From an uncultured Chloroflexia bacterium (lineage in GTDB: Bacteria > Chloroflexota > Limnocylindria > Limnocylindrales > CSP1-4), in assembly GCA_963813335.1 (NCBI GenBank), contig CAWEYL010000001.1, forward strand, positions 96,001-160,000: a stretch of 64,000 bases of DNA, in the 5' to 3' direction. A program made the translations under genes and the position numbers. The notes under the pieces are model-generated. The model had not been told where the DNA came from and did no database searches. It worked only from the letters and a program-made list of their open reading frames with translations. Positions 47,883 through 57,299 of the stretch are shown one piece after another. Numbering within the stretch: the stretch's first letter is position 1; each line of letters begins with the position of its first letter.

Positions 47883-49423
47883 CCGTCGCGGGGAGCGAAC
47901 CCGTCCGGCCGAGCGGGGCCCGCCGATCGTGGTGGCTGCGCGAGGCCCTGGCTGCGGAGGCGGCCGCCGACCCGGGCCTGGCCGCCGGCGGGACCACGCC
48001 GCCGCTCCGCGGGACGACCACGGCTGATGTCGTGATCGTCGGCGCCGGATACACCGGGCTGTGGACGGCGATCCGGATCGCGGAGCAGGCGCCCGGCGCG
48101 CGGATCGTCGTGCTGGAGGCGGACATCTGCGGCGGCGGGCCGTCAGGGCGCAACGGCGGGTTCGCCACGGGCTGGTGGGACGAGCTGCCGACCCTGATCG
48201 AGCGGCACGGCCTCGATGGCGCGGTGGCCGCGGCGGAGGCCATCGACGACGCCGTCGACGAGCTCGGCCGCTGGACCGCCGCGAACGGGATCGACGCCTG
48301 GTACGAGCGGCACGGAACGTTGTCGGTGAGCGCCGCCCCGGCCCAGGACGGGACGTGGGACGAGGCCGTGGCCGCCTGCCGCGACGCCGGGCACGGGGAT
48401 AGGTACGGCGCGCTCGATCCAGCCGCCGTGCGCCAGCGCGTCGCGTCGCCGGTGCTCCGCGCGGGCGCGTTCATGCCCGTGGCGGCGACGGTCCAGCCGG
48501 CGATCCTCGCCCGCGGCCTGCGTCGCGTCGCCCTCGAGCAGGGTGTCGTCATCCATGAAGGGACGCGGGTCGAGGAGATCGACGGCGAACGCCCCGGCTG
48601 GCTGGGCGGTGTTGGGGCCGGGGGCCGGCGGGCACCGGCCGGACGAGCCGGGCGTCCGGTCCGGGTCCGGACGACATCGGACGCCGGCGCCGGCGAGGTG
48701 GTCGCGGGCTCGGCGGTCGTGGCCATGAACGCCTGGGCGGCAGCCTGGCCCAGCTTCGGGCGGCGGCTGGTGACGTGGTCGAGCTACATCGTGCTGACAG
48801 AGCCGATCCCGGACCGACTCGCCGAGATCGGCTGGACCGGCGGCGAGGGCCTCGCCGACGCGCGCTTCACGCTCCACTACCTGCGGACCACGCGCGATGG
48901 CCGGATCGCCATCGGCGGCGGTGGCGGCCGGGCCGGGTTCGGCGGGCGGATCGGATCCGTGTTCACCGACGATGCGACGGCGGCCGACCGGGCCGCGGCC
49001 GGGCTGCGCCGCCTGTTCCCGAGCCTGCGCGGCGTCCGGATCGACGATGCCTGGGGTGGCCCCATCGACATCTCGGCCGACCACCTCCCCAGCATCGGGA
49101 GTGTGGCGGGCCGGCCGATCCACTACGCGCACGGCTACTCGGGGAACGGGGTCGCGCCGTCGGTGGTGGCCGGTCGAGCGCTGGCCGGCCTGGCCCTCGG
49201 GACCGAGCCGGTCGGCCTCTCAACGCGCGCCGCCGAGGTGCTCATCGGGGGTCGGGCCCGCGCGTTCCCGCCGGAGCCGTTCCGCTATCTCGGTGCGCGA
49301 CTGGTCCGCGACGCGATCGTGCGCCGCGAGGCCATCGAGGAGCGTGGCGGGACCGCCGGACCGGTCCTCCGCGAGCTGACGCGTCTGCCACGCCGGCTTG
49401 GCTACCACCTCTCGCCGGACTGA
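47879..49423 (+). CDS. FAD-dependent oxidoreductase (DAO/PuuB-like family)
   Basis: ADVVIVGAGYTGLW, GGGPSGRNGG, VQPAILARGL, VLTEP, AWGGPID and GYSGNGV. Confidence 0.9.
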   Translation: MTVAGSEPVRPSGARRSWWLREALAAEAAADPGLAAGGTTPPLRGTTTADVVIVGAGYTGLWTAIRIAEQAPGARIVVLEADICGGGPSGRNGGFATGWWDELPTLIERHGLDGAVAAAEAIDDAVDELGRWTAANGIDAWYERHGTLSVSAAPAQDGTWDEAVAACRDAGHGDRYGALDPAAVRQRVASPVLRAGAFMPVAATVQPAILARGLRRVALEQGVVIHEGTRVEEIDGERPGWLGGVGAGGRRAPAGRAGRPVRVRTTSDAGAGEVVAGSAVVAMNAWAAAWPSFGRRLVTWSSYIVLTEPIPDRLAEIGWTGGEGLADARFTLHYLRTTRDGRIAIGGGGGRAGFGGRIGSVFTDDATAADRAAAGLRRLFPSLRGVRIDDAWGGPIDISADHLPSIGSVAGRPIHYAHGYSGNGVAPSVVAGRALAGLALGTEPVGLSTRAAEVLIGGRARAFPPEPFRYLGARLVRDAIVRREAIEERGGTAGPVLRELTRLPRRLGYHLSPD

Positions 49424-49525
49424 CATGAAGGACCTTCGTCCGGGCGAAGGTCCCCCCATTGGAGTATCCTTGCGGTTCCCCCCGCGCGTTGCGTGCCGGC
49501 TGTCCTCCCTCGCCCAGGAGTCTCC

Positions 49526-49717
49526 GTGAATAGTCGTCCGCCTCTGAAGCCCGCCACCCCGGCCAACGAGCCGTTCAAGCACGTCATCGACGAGTACAAG
49601 CACCGCGACCAGACGATCACCTGCACCTGTGGCTGGCACGGCAGCTCGGCGACGATCGACCGCACCGGTTCCGAGTGGACCGCCCACCTCTTCGAGGTCC
49701 GCGGCAAGAAGCGCTGA
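49526..49717 (+). CDS. Small hypothetical protein (63 aa) with CTCGWH...WxxH putative Zn-binding motif
   Basis: AGGAG RBS 5 nt before GTG. GC3-rich codon usage. Fills the intergenic gap. Confidence 0.7.
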   Translation: MNSRPPLKPATPANEPFKHVIDEYKHRDQTITCTCGWHGSSATIDRTGSEWTAHLFEVRGKKR

Positions 49718-49754
49718 CCCGAGCGGGGCCCGCGTGCCCTGCTAGCCTTCCGCG

Positions 49755-51091
49755 GTGGACCTCTCGACGCTCCCCACGGCCCCGCCGTTCGCGATCCGCG
49801 CGCGCCTGCTGACGCCCCTCGCCGGCGGCGGCGTCCGCCACGAACCCGACGGGCTGTTGCTGGTCGACGCGGACGGGCGCCTGTCCTTCGCCGGCGCCGC
49901 GTCAGACCGCCCGGCCGAGGCCGACGCCGCCTTCGACCTGCGACCCTGGGTCGTGATGCCGGGGCTGGTCGACCTCCACGCCCACCTGCCGCAGCTCCCC
50001 AACGCCGGCCTCGGGGCGGGGCTCGACCTGCTCACCTGGCTGGAGCGCTACATCTTCCCGCTGGAGCGCGGCTTCGACGAGGCCGAGGCGACCCGCCTGG
50101 CGCCGCTCGCGTGGCGGGCGTTCGCGGCGGCCGGGACCACGACCGCGCTGGTCTACGGCGCCGTCTACGAGGCGAGCCTCGATGCCACGTTCCGGGCGGC
50201 CGAGGCGCACGGGATCCGGGCGGTCGTCGGGCAAGGTGATGATGGACCGGCATCACCTACGACGCCACCATCGACCCGACGACGATCCTCGACCGGACGC
50301 TGCGCGAGGCCGCCGACCTCATCGAGCGCTGGCACGGCCGCGACGACGGGCGGTTGCAGTACGCGGTCACCCCGCGGTTCGCGGTGTCCTGCACGGCCGA
50401 CCTGCTGCGCGAATCGGCGGCCCTGGCCCGCTCGACCGGGGCGTACTGGCAGACCCACCTCTCCGAGGACCGCGGCGAGATCGCCGAGGTCGCGCGGCTC
50501 TTCCCCGACGCGATCGACTACGTCGACGTCTACGACCGGGCCGGCGGGCTGGGCGAGCGGACCGTGCTGGCCCACGCCGTGCACCTCTCGGACCGCGAGC
50601 TGGCGCGGCTCGTCGAGACGGGCACCCGGGTCGCGCACTGCCCGGCGTCGAACCTCTTCCTCGCGTCCGGGGTCATGCCGCTCGCCCGCTATCTCGAGGC
50701 GGGGTTGACGGTCGGGCTGGGCTCGGACGTGTCGGCCGGACCGGACCTCTCGATCTTCAGCGCGATGCGAGTCGGGGCCTACGCCAAGAGCGCGCTGGCG
50801 GTCGCGGGGTTCGGCGTCGACCACGCGATGACCCCGCTCGACTGGCTGCGGATGGGGACCCTGGGCGGGGCGACGGTGCTGGGGCTCGCGGACCGGATCG
50901 GCTCGCTCGAGGCCGGCAAGGAGGCCGACATCATCGCGGTCGACCCGTCGTTCGTCGCCCCGATCCACGGCGTCACCGACGACGACCCGGACGACCTCAT
51001 GAGCCGGCTCGTCTACCGCACCCACCCCGACATGGTCCGCGCGGCCTGGGTCCGCGGCCGCCGGCTGGAGGGACCGGGCGCCCGCGGCTGA
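49755..51091 (+). CDS. guaD: Guanine deaminase-like amidohydrolase; two apparent +1 frameshifts (~50230, ~50250)
   Basis: PGLVDLHAHLPQ, LLTWLERYIFPLE, GKVMMDR, YAVTPRFAVSC, QTHLSE, HCPASNLFLASG, GLGSDV and GKEAD. Confidence 0.87.
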
Positions 51092-51247
51092 CGTTCCGTG
51101 CCGCGTCGGGACTCGCAGCCATCGGTTGAATGACCGATGCGCCCGACCGTTGCGGTGCCCTATATCGCACCCAGGCGAACTCCGTCGCGGACCGATGGGC
51201 CGCGAACGAGGGTTCCCGACCTGGGAGAACGAGTATGTTCGCGAATT

Positions 51248-52423
51248 GTGCATTCGCCGCGTCGCCGCGGAGCGCTCCGGTCGTTGCCGGCGCTGCTCGT
51301 CGTCGTCGGATCCATGTGGGCCGCCACCGCCGCGACTCCGGTCCGGGCCGACGGCCTCCCGCCGCTCGACCACGCGGCGGTGATCGCCGCGATGCCAGCC
51401 GTCGTCGCCGGTGGTGCCCCGGCCTACCTCATCGGCGGCGTGGACGAATCCGGCACATGGTCCGCGGCCGCCGGTGTGTCCGATATCCGGACCGGGGCGT
51501 CGGCCAGGGCGGACGCCGAGTTCCGCATCGGCAGCATCAGCAAGACCTTCGTCGCGGTCGCCATCCTGCAACTCGTCCAGCAGGGGAAGATCGGCCTCGA
51601 CACGCCGATCGACCGGTACCTGCCTGGGTTGCTGACGCAGGGCGCCACCATCACGATCCGTGAGCTGCTCCAGCATCGAGCGGGCCTGGCTGATTCCACG
51701 TTCCCGGACGTCAAGACCGTCTTCGGGGCGATCACCCGCACCTGCGCCACCACGTATGACCCTGTGTCCGTCGTCAAGGGGGCCGACCAGCAGCTATCCG
51801 AGCCCGGGACGACGTTCTCCTACTCGAACCCCGGGTACGTCGCCCTGGAGCTCGTCATCGAGAGGGTGACCGGCCGACCGTACGAGCGCGTGCTGGCGGA
51901 CCAGATCATCCGGCCCCTCGGCCTCACGCACACGTCGTTCCAGGAGGGGGCGCCGCACTGGACAGGCCCGTTCCTCCACGGGTACGTCGACTTCGGGCCC
52001 AACGGGCTCGGGACCGGCGTCCGGGATCGGCTCGTCGACGAGACGACCTGCAACACGTCCATCTTCGGCGCATCGGGATCCGGCATCTCGACCACCCGAG
52101 ACCTCACGACGTTCATGCGCGCGCTGATCAACGGTCGGCTCATCCATCGCGACCTGTTCGAGCAGATGATCGATGCCCAGCCGACGGACTGGGGGCCGAA
52201 CGTGGGCTACGGCCTCGGGATGGTCCGGGAGACGGTGTCGTGCGGACTCGAGCTCATCGGCAACAGCGGCGCCGTGTTCGGCTACCAGAGTGACCTGCTC
52301 GCGACGATCGACGGGGCCCGCACCATGGCGGACGGGTACTCGATCTATCCGGGGTCGAGCGCGACGTGGCAAGCGCTGGCTGACGCCGAACGCCCCGAAT
52401 TCTGCGGGCCGCCCGCGGCGTAG
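51248..52423 (+). CDS. Secreted serine hydrolase (beta-lactamase / D-Ala-D-Ala carboxypeptidase, S12 family)
   Basis: Signal-like N-terminus, FRIGSISK (SxxK), LLQHRAGL, FSYSNPGY (YxN) and IIRPLGLTHT. Start uncertain. Confidence 0.88.
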   Translation: MHSPRRRGALRSLPALLVVVGSMWAATAATPVRADGLPPLDHAAVIAAMPAVVAGGAPAYLIGGVDESGTWSAAAGVSDIRTGASARADAEFRIGSISKTFVAVAILQLVQQGKIGLDTPIDRYLPGLLTQGATITIRELLQHRAGLADSTFPDVKTVFGAITRTCATTYDPVSVVKGADQQLSEPGTTFSYSNPGYVALELVIERVTGRPYERVLADQIIRPLGLTHTSFQEGAPHWTGPFLHGYVDFGPNGLGTGVRDRLVDETTCNTSIFGASGSGISTTRDLTTFMRALINGRLIHRDLFEQMIDAQPTDWGPNVGYGLGMVRETVSCGLELIGNSGAVFGYQSDLLATIDGARTMADGYSIYPGSSATWQALADAERPEFCGPPAA

Positions 52424-52506
52424 GTGATGGACCGGGCCGGGTCGCCGTGGCGCCCGGCCCGCATCCGCTCGCACATGTCCGATCGCCGGCCTGCTACGGT
52501 CCCGCC

Positions 52507-54109
52507 ATGCCGGACAGCGTCGACCTCCTGATCAGCGGCGGGATCATCGTCGACGGGACCGGCGCTCCCGGTCGGCCGGGGAGCGTCGCCGTCGACGGGG
52601 AGCGGCTGCGGATCCTGGACGCGGGCGCGCCGGAGCCCGCGAACGTCGGGCGCCGCATCGACGCGACGGGCAAGGTCGTCGCGCCGGGCTTCATCGACCT
52701 GCATAGCCACGGCGGCCTGTGGATCCTCGCCGAGCCGCGCCACGAGCCCAAGGTCCGCCAGGGCGTGACCACGGAGATCGTCGGCGTCGACGGCAACGGC
52801 TTCGCGCCATTCCACCGCCGCGCGGACCTGCTCGCCTTCGTCGAGCTCGACAGCGGGCTCGACGGTCGGCCGCCCATCGACTACGACTGGGACTCGGTCG
52901 GCTCGTACCTCGCGCGCTTCGACGGCACCGTCAGCGTCAACGTGGGGACGCTCGTCGGCAACTCGGCGCTCCGTATCGACGCCCTCGGCTGGGACGACGT
53001 GCCCGCCGACGAGCGGGCCATCGACCGCATGCGCGGGCTGCTGCGCGAGTCGATGGCGGAAGGGGCGGTGGGCCTCTCGAGCGGGCTCGACTACCCACCC
53101 GGCAGCTACGCCACGACCGAGGAGCTCGCCGCGCTGACCGCGGAGGCCGGCCGTTCGGGCGGCTTCTATCACAGCCACGTCCGCTACACGCTCGGCGACC
53201 GCTACCTCGACCCGTTCCGCGAGGCGATCGACATCGGCCGGCGAGCCGGCGCGCCCAGCCACATCACGCACTTCTACCACCGCGTGACGCATCCCGGGCC
53301 GGCCGAGCCGATGCTGGCCCTGGTCGACGACGCCCGCGCCGAAGGCCTCGACGTCACCTTCGACACGTATCCGTCCGAGTGGGCCAGCACGCGCCTGCTG
53401 ATCCAGCTGCCGGGCTGGATCCAGGCCGGCGGTCCCGGCCCGCTGAAGACGCGGCTCGCCGACCGGACGGCCCGCGATCGATTGCGGGCCGAGTTCGCCG
53501 CCCGCGGCGCGGCCTATACCGGGTCCGCGGGCTGGGCGGACCTGCGGCTCGGGGCGTTCACGCGGCCGGACAACCTGCGCTGGGAGTCGCGGACGATGGC
53601 CGAGGTGATGACCGAGACCGGTCGCGACGTCGTCGACACGATCTGCGACCTGCTCCTCAGCGAGGACCTCGGCGTGGCCCAGGTGACGAGCGGGCCGTGG
53701 TCCAGGACGCTGCCGCTGTTCGTGGCGCACCCGGTCGGGATGGTCGGCACGGATTCCACGTTCCTCGGCGACAAGCCGGCGCCGCGCACCTACGGCTCGT
53801 TCCCGCGGATCCTGGGCCAGTTCGTCCGCGACGAGGCGCTGCTCACGCTCGAGGCCGCCATCCACAAGATGACCGGCGCGCCGGCGGCGCGGCTCGGCCT
53901 CCGCCAGCGCGGCCTGCTCCGCGACGGGGCGATCGCCGACATCGTGGTCTTCGACCCCGCGACCGTGCGCGCGAACGCGACCTACGACGAGCCGCGCCAG
54001 TTCCCCGACGGCATCGAGCAGGTCCTCGTGAACGGCACGCCCGTCGTGGACGGCTGGCCGGCACACCGGCGCGACGCCGGGGCGGGGGATCCGGCTCGGC
54101 GTCGACTGA
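52507..54109 (+). CDS. N-acyl-D-amino-acid deacylase-family amidohydrolase; apparent +1 frameshift near 54055
   Basis: IVDGTGAP, APGFIDLHSH, QGVTTEIVG, SSGLDYPPG, PRTYGSFPR and ADIVVFDP. The typical ending HTGATPGR is in the +1 frame and stops at 54109. Confidence 0.9.
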
Positions 54110-54170
54110 GGCGCGAGCGGTCCGCCCTCGCCCCGTCCGGCGCACGACGTCGACATCGTCATTTGCCGGG

Positions 54171-54199
54171 TTGACATGCGACTTAGTAGTCACTAAGTT
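54171..54199 (+). promoter_or_regulatory. sigma70 promoter TTGACA-N17-TAAGTT overlapping TetR operator ACTTAGT-AGTC-ACTAAGT
   Basis: Consensus -35 and 17-bp spacer. Palindrome at 54181-54198. ATG lies 7 nt after the -10 box (leaderless). Confidence 0.85.
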
Positions 54200-54206
54200 A
54201 GCCGCC

Positions 54207-54773
54207 ATGACACCGACCACCCGCCTCTCCGCCGAGGAGCGCCGCGACGAGATCGTCTCGGCCGCCATGATCGAATTCGCCGTGACCGGCTACGCCGGGA
54301 CCTCGACCGAGGCCATCGCCCGCCGGTCCGGCGTCAGCCAGCCCTACCTCTTCCAGCTGTTCGGCACCAAGAAGGACCTGTTCATCGCCGCCGTCCGCCA
54401 CGGCTTCGGTCGGACGCTGACCGCCTTCGAGGCCGCCGGCCGGGCCGCCGCCCACGAGGATCCGTCGACCCACCACGTCCTCCACGCGATGGGGGAGGCC
54501 TACTGCGTGCTGCTCCAGGACCGCGAGCTGCTGCTCTGCCAGCTCCAGGCCTACGCCGCCTGCAGCGACCCGGAGATCCGGCAGGCCGTCGGCGAGGAAT
54601 GGACGCGCCTGTACCGGCTGGTCCGCGACCTGTCCGGCGCCAGCGAGCCCGAGCTCGAGCAGTGGTTCGCGATGGGCATGCTCATGAACACGGCCGCCGC
54701 GATCGGGCCGGAGATGGCCGAGATCGGCCTGTTCTCCTTCGCCGAGATGGGGAGGATCGCCGCTGCTCGATGA
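54207..54773 (+). CDS. TetR-family transcriptional regulator
   Basis: RLSAEERRDEIVSAAMIEFAVTGYAGTSTEAIARRSGVSQPYLFQLFGTKKDLF HTH. Confidence 0.93.
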   Translation: MTPTTRLSAEERRDEIVSAAMIEFAVTGYAGTSTEAIARRSGVSQPYLFQLFGTKKDLFIAAVRHGFGRTLTAFEAAGRAAAHEDPSTHHVLHAMGEAYCVLLQDRELLLCQLQAYAACSDPEIRQAVGEEWTRLYRLVRDLSGASEPELEQWFAMGMLMNTAAAIGPEMAEIGLFSFAEMGRIAAAR

Positions 54774-54790
54774 CGCCGACCCCGACCCGT

Positions 54791-54820
54791 CCGCGGGCTC
54801 CGGCTCGCGGCCCCTTTTTT
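54791..54820 (+). terminator. Putative intrinsic terminator after tetR
   Basis: CCGCGGGC-TCCG-GCTCGCGG hairpin followed by CCCCTTTTTT. Confidence 0.6.
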
Positions 54821-54830
54821 CGCCCCAGTT

Positions 54831-54847
54831 CTTAGTGACTACTTAGT
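54831..54847. promoter_or_regulatory. Second TetR operator upstream of the MFS gene
   Basis: CTTAGTGACTACTTAGT matches the reverse complement of the 54181-54198 palindrome at 16 of 17 positions. Confidence 0.8.
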
Positions 54848-54894
54848 CAGCACCGACACACCGACGACTCCCGACGAAAGTGAGGTCAACCCAG

Positions 54895-56358
54895 ATGTCA
54901 GCCCGCCGGTCCACGGCCTGGACCTTCGCCATCACCTCGATCGCCCTCTTCATGGTCGCGCTCGACAACCTCGTCGTCACGACCGCCCTGCCCGTCATCC
55001 GGGCCGATCTCGGAGCCAGCCTCTCCGACCTCGAATGGATGGTCAACGCCTACACCCTGACCTTCGCGGTCCTGCTGCTCACCGGCGCCGCGCTCGGCGA
55101 CCGCTTCGGCCGTCGGCGCGTCTTCGCCATCGGCCTCGCGATCTTCACCGCGGCATCCGCCGCCGCGGCCCTCGCCCCCTCCAGCGACGTCCTGATCATC
55201 GCCCGCGCGATCCAGGGTGTCGGCGGCGCGATCGTGACGCCGCTCAGCCTGACGATCCTGTCCGCGGCCGTGCCGCCGGAGCGCCGCGCGGTCGCACTCG
55301 GTGCGTGGGGCGGCATCGCCGGCCTCGCCATCGCGATCGGCCCGCTCATCGGCGGCGCCATCGCCGAGGGCGTGTCGTGGCACTGGATCTTCTGGCTCAA
55401 CGTGCCGATCGGCATCGTCGCCGTCATCCTCGCGGCCACCCGGCTGCAGGAGTCGCACGGCCCCGATGGCGCGCTCGACCTGCCCGGCCTCGGCCTCGTC
55501 AGCGGCGGCCTGCTGGCCCTCGTGTGGGGCGTCATCAACGGCAACCAGGACGGCTGGACCGATCCGCGCATCGTCGGCGCGCTGCTCGTCGGCGCGGTCC
55601 TCATCGCCGCGTTCCTGTTCTGGGAGTCGCGCGCGACCGCCCCGATGCTGCCGCTGCGCTTCTTCCGGAGCCGCGCCTTCACCGCGTCCAACGTCGTCTC
55701 GTTCCTGATGTACTTCGGCGTCTTCGGCGCCGTGTTCCTCCTCGTCCAGTTCTTCCAGGTCGTCCAGGGCCTGAGCCCGTTCCAGTCGGGCCTGCGGACC
55801 CTGCCCTGGACGGCGATGCCGGCCTTCGTGGCGCCGATCGCCGGCGCGCTGGCGGGCCGCATCGGTGGCCGGCCGATCCTGGTCGCCGGCATGGTCCTGC
55901 TGTCGGCCGGGCTGTTCTGGATCGCGGCCGTCGTCACGCCGACCGTCGAGTACCTGCTGCTCGTGCCGGGCTTCGTGATGGCCGGCATCGGGATGGGGTT
56001 GTTCTTCGCCCCGATCGCCAATGTCGTGCTCTCCGCGGTCAAGCCGATCGAGGAGGGCCAGGCGTCCGGCGCCACGAACACCATCCGCGAGATCGGCGGC
56101 GTGTTCGGGGTGGCCGTCCTCGCCAGCGTCTTCTCGTCGGCGGGCTCGTACCAGACGCCGACCGCGTTCGTCGACGGGCTCCAGCCGGCGGTCTTCGTCG
56201 GCGCGGCCATCGTGGCCGTCGGCGCGGTCGTCGCCCTGGCGCTGCCGGGGCGGATGCGGAGCGGGGCGGAAGCCGGGGTCGTGGCCGCAGGCGCGGCCGC
56301 GGCGGCTGGCGTCGGCCATCCGGTCTCCGTGGGTCAGGCGGCGCCGACCGCCGGGTAG
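54895..56358 (+). CDS. DHA2 (EmrB/QacA) MFS efflux transporter
   Basis: FMVALDNLVVTTALP, WMVNAYTL, LGDRFGRRR, GPLIGG, WHWIFWLNVPIG and PMLPLRFF. Confidence 0.94.
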   Translation: MSARRSTAWTFAITSIALFMVALDNLVVTTALPVIRADLGASLSDLEWMVNAYTLTFAVLLLTGAALGDRFGRRRVFAIGLAIFTAASAAAALAPSSDVLIIARAIQGVGGAIVTPLSLTILSAAVPPERRAVALGAWGGIAGLAIAIGPLIGGAIAEGVSWHWIFWLNVPIGIVAVILAATRLQESHGPDGALDLPGLGLVSGGLLALVWGVINGNQDGWTDPRIVGALLVGAVLIAAFLFWESRATAPMLPLRFFRSRAFTASNVVSFLMYFGVFGAVFLLVQFFQVVQGLSPFQSGLRTLPWTAMPAFVAPIAGALAGRIGGRPILVAGMVLLSAGLFWIAAVVTPTVEYLLLVPGFVMAGIGMGLFFAPIANVVLSAVKPIEEGQASGATNTIREIGGVFGVAVLASVFSSAGSYQTPTAFVDGLQPAVFVGAAIVAVGAVVALALPGRMRSGAEAGVVAAGAAAAAGVGHPVSVGQAAPTAG

Positions 56359-56483
56359 CCCTCGGCCGTTCGGCCGAGGACACGGATCGAGGCGGACCGG
56401 GAACCCGGTCCGCCTCGACGCGCGCTCGGGGTATGGCCCCGGCGGCCGGGCCACGGGCACATGGCCCGCCCCGCCGCCCGTGA

Positions 56484-57299
56484 TCAGTTGTTGAAGGCCG
56501 GCTCCATGCCGCCGTTGCCGCCGTTGGCCCGGGTCGCGCCGGGCGGTTCGCCCGGCCCGCTCGACGTCCGCTCGGCCCGTCGGAGCTCGATGAACATGCG
56601 GTCGGTCGCGAGGCCCTCGGCGTCGGCCAGCGAGCCGTCCGCCGCGGAGGAGGCCCAGCCCATCGCCATCCGCAGGGCCACGGCCCCGGACTCGAGCCAG
56701 AGGTCGCACGCCCGGCGGACGCGCTCGACGTAGTTGATGGCCAGGATCTCGTCGGTCTCGGGCAGGAGCACGGCGAACCGGCCGGACCCGAGGCGGGCCA
56801 CGTGGTCGGACTCGCGGGCGTCGCGCCGCAGCGTGTCCGCGACGGCGGGCACGATCCGGTCGACGGACGACGGCCCCATCAGCTCGACCAGGCGGTCCAG
56901 CCCCTGGAGCTCGACCATGACGATGGTGGCGGGGCGGCGATAGCGCCGGATGCGGGCCTCCTCGTCGACCACGATCCGCGTCCACGCGGCGTGGGTGAGG
57001 AGCCCGGTCAGGGCGTCGGCGTTGGTCTCGGCGGGCGGGGCGCTCACGGCGGCCATGCCCCGGCCCCCGCCGGCGGTGCCCACACCGCCCGTGCCCATCG
57101 GGTACGCGGCGCCCCCGACCGGTCCGGCCCGGGTGCCCATGGTGGCCGTCCCGGCCGCTGCGGACGGCGTGACGGCACTCGCCGCACGGGCCCGCCGACG
57201 GCGGATCTGGGTCCACGCGAGCGCGATGACGACGACGAGGATGTCGGCGGCGAGGACCGCCGCGAGGATGCCGATGAGTGCGCCTTGAGACAGTTCCAT
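56484..57299 (-). CDS. Membrane-anchored degenerate GGDEF-domain protein
   Basis: N-terminal TM, DALTGL and RESDHVARLGSGRFAVLLPET. Active-site motif is GSGRF instead of GG(D/E)EF; the RxxD I-site is intact. Confidence 0.85.
   Translation of the reverse strand: MELSQGALIGILAAVLAADILVVVIALAWTQIRRRRARAASAVTPSAAAGTATMGTRAGPVGGAAYPMGTGGVGTAGGGRGMAAVSAPPAETNADALTGLLTHAAWTRIVVDEEARIRRYRRPATIVMVELQGLDRLVELMGPSSVDRIVPAVADTLRRDARESDHVARLGSGRFAVLLPETDEILAINYVERVRRACDLWLESGAVALRMAMGWASSAADGSLADAEGLATDRMFIELRRAERTSSGPGEPPGATRANGGNGGMEPAFNN

Noticed and set aside
51203-51216. LexA (Cheo) box CGAAC-GAGG-GTTCC upstream of the serine hydrolase
   Set aside because: A single GAAC-N4-GTTC with a non-consensus spacer and flank could arise by chance in 64 kb, and the downstream gene is not a typical SOS gene.
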